A stretch of 64,000 nucleotides of DNA. Source: Strigamia acuminata. Lineage: Eukaryota. The stretch spans positions 25,296,001 through 25,360,000 of the forward strand of contig OX442314.1 of the NCBI GenBank assembly GCA_949358305.1, given 5' to 3'. The stretch's first letter is position 1. The number at the start of each line of letters is the position of its first letter. Under the pieces are notes generated by a model. It did not search any database, had not been told where the DNA came from, and saw only the letters and a list, made by a program, of their open reading frames with translations. Below are positions 62,001 through 64,000 of the stretch, in pieces. A program made the translations under genes and the position numbers.

Positions 62001-64000
62001 TAAACACTCCTTCGCTTTATTCACCACTTGATGCTTAGGAGTTGCCAACAAAACCTAAAAGAAAAAAATACATAAAATTTACATAAATTCATTTAAAATC
62101 AAACAAAACAAACCTCTTTTAACGGTTGCACAAGTTCCACCAAACAACCCCCACTCACAAACCTCGCCATAATTTCGTACACATTATAACTCTTGCATCC
62201 CTTCGCCTCTTTCAAACTCGCTACAATTTCCACGACTTCCTTCTCCTCCGAAACCTCTCCGAACAACTCATTATTGCAAAAATCAATCAACATCTTCAAA
62301 CACGCGTCCAAATCGCCGACCACCAACTGGTCCGATAAATTACGCAGAACCGCATGAACCGTAAATATCATCACGTGAACCTGGTAGCCCTTTGTCATGG
62401 TTTGCTTCATTTGTTTAACCAAATAAGGGAAATATCTCGGTCCAATCGAGCCGATTATTTTAACCAAAACTTCTCTCGTCGTTGCTCTGATGGCCAGTGC
62501 GCGAGATCTCAAGAAAACACACAATTTCAAAAACAACCTACAAAAAAAATCCATCAAAAAATCGAACAAAACACTCGAAATGTAACCACAAACCCCGGTA
62601 AGTTCTGCTCCAACGATCCTTTCGGTAAATTTTGAAGTATCTTGACGATAGCGAGTGCTATGGGTACGCGAAGAATTTCTTGGTCTTCGGGAATCGATTC
62701 CTTCATCGATTTATGCTGATCGTCGCTTTTGGTCTGAAAAATCCAAACAAAACAAATTAAGATGTGTTTTCGTCTCTAAAATTCTTCTCAATTTACTTTT
62801 TTCGTTAAACATCTATTGAGTTGCGGTAGAATTCCCTTAATAACTTGGTTGTGAATTCTCGTGGCAAAAGTCACTTCTTTCCTACTTTTTGGCGTCTCTG
62901 CGACGATTTCTTCTTCCATTTTCTCCACATCGTCGACATCCATCGGCGAATCTTCGTCATCGTCGTCAACATTTTCGATTTCGTCTTCCATTTTCTTGCT
63001 CTTTTTCTTCGCTGCTTTCAACGGAGGTGGTTTTAAGTTGCATTTAATCCCTTCCGACATAGTTAAGTCGAAGTGAAAAGCTTCCAATATGGCCACGATT
63101 AGTCTAGAAGAAAAATTAAATAAATTTTTGTAAAATAAATTTTATAGATTTGTTCGGTTTACCTGACAACAATTTTTTGATGTTCGCCATTTTTAGCTAA
63201 AAGAAACAAATAATGCTTCAAAATAACTTCATATTTGTACCAGGAAAGAACTCTGCAAATTTCCCCGACAAGCTAAAAATCAAAACGAATAAAAAATGTT
63301 TAAAAAACAAAAAAACAAAACAAAAAAAAAAGTAAAAATCGACTGACCTCAACACCAGCATCAATTAAAAATGGATGTTTCAAATAAACGTCGGTGAAAA
63401 GAAAAGAAGTTGCGATGGGCATCAAAAACTGCGTCAAAACATCTTCCGAAAACGTGGCAAGTTGCCCGCTTTTCGCCAATTTGTTCAGAGCACGTGTTCG
63501 CCTGTGCATTTGAATGTGACGGATGTTCTCGAAAAAATCCATCTCGGAGTCGTCGCTCAGCAAGGTACGCAAATCCTTCAATTTGGGCATTTCGCAACTC
63601 GAGCGAAGAACCGATGCTAAAATGATGATATATTCGTGTCGCACAGTCTATCAAATCAACAAATATTTAAAACAAACTCATAAAACGCCATAAACTTTCA
63701 AAAAAACCTCAATTTTTGACTTGAGCCCGATCTTAATCTCGGGCAGATAAACATTATGTAGCAAATCAATGCAAACATCGATCTGTCTTCCTTCAGCGCT
63801 CTTAAAACGTGATGATAATTGACATAGGAAATGAGTCGAGGTATCCCTTAACGATATATCATTACACTGAAACATTAAAAATTAAAAAATTAACATAAAA
63901 AATTAAATTAATAAATACAAAATAAAATTTCCTACGTTTCGAATCATGTAAAAACTATTATAAATAGTTAAAACAGCAAGATCCATGTTGTTGTTATTAT
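59061..64000 (-). CDS. UTP20: Small subunit processome component 20 (UTP20), 3' portion; continues beyond the window
   Basis: Many short-intron exons of HEAT-like sequence, including DFFENIRHIQMHRRTRAL, GYQVHVMIFTVHAVL, FGEVSEEKEV, YEHxxGRxSAL-like FVHEYGRNSAL, and the C-terminus LKSLAQEVIELIK...NPEVAARKRIKRQKSKGESKRRRIE. Confidence 0.95.

Noticed and set aside
59350..63940. U12-type or non-canonical introns in UTP20
   Set aside because: All donors I read are ordinary GT, with no GTATCCT or AT-AC signature.

Overview
This is AT-rich eukaryotic genomic DNA with short GT-AG introns, from an invertebrate animal, most likely an arthropod (the lineage cannot be fixed from sequence alone). From left to right it holds: (1) the 3' 14 exons of a neuron navigator (NAV/unc-53/sickie) gene, with intronic minisatellites and a MITE; (2) a compact cluster of four secreted-peptide genes, namely two paralogous six-cysteine precursors I cannot assign to a known family, an IGF-like insulin with a C-terminal extension, and a dilp8/gonadulin-like insulin with a His-rich C-peptide; (3) an array of degenerate Pol III B-box repeats; (4) a Toll-like receptor cluster with one intact gene, one gene cleanly interrupted by a 1.22-kb P-superfamily element (31-bp TIR, 8-bp TSD), and one inverted partial pseudogene; (5) a BC-box/LRR gene; (6) a rearranged zone with a ZFC3H1 pseudogene fragment, a gypsy RNase H remnant, MITEs and decaying Ly6 genes; (7) a RERG-like GTPase; (8) a midkine/pleiotrophin (miple)-like gene with 3-4 domains; (9) about 12.6 kb with no credible coding sequence; (10) a six-exon orphan gene; and (11) the 3' part of UTP20. 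The best novelty candidates are the unassigned six-Cys peptide pair next to the insulin genes, and the transposon-split Toll, where the element supplies a stop codon, an in-frame ATG and a frame-restoring splice-site pair. Exon boundaries were read by eye, and family calls rest on recalled motifs, not database searches.
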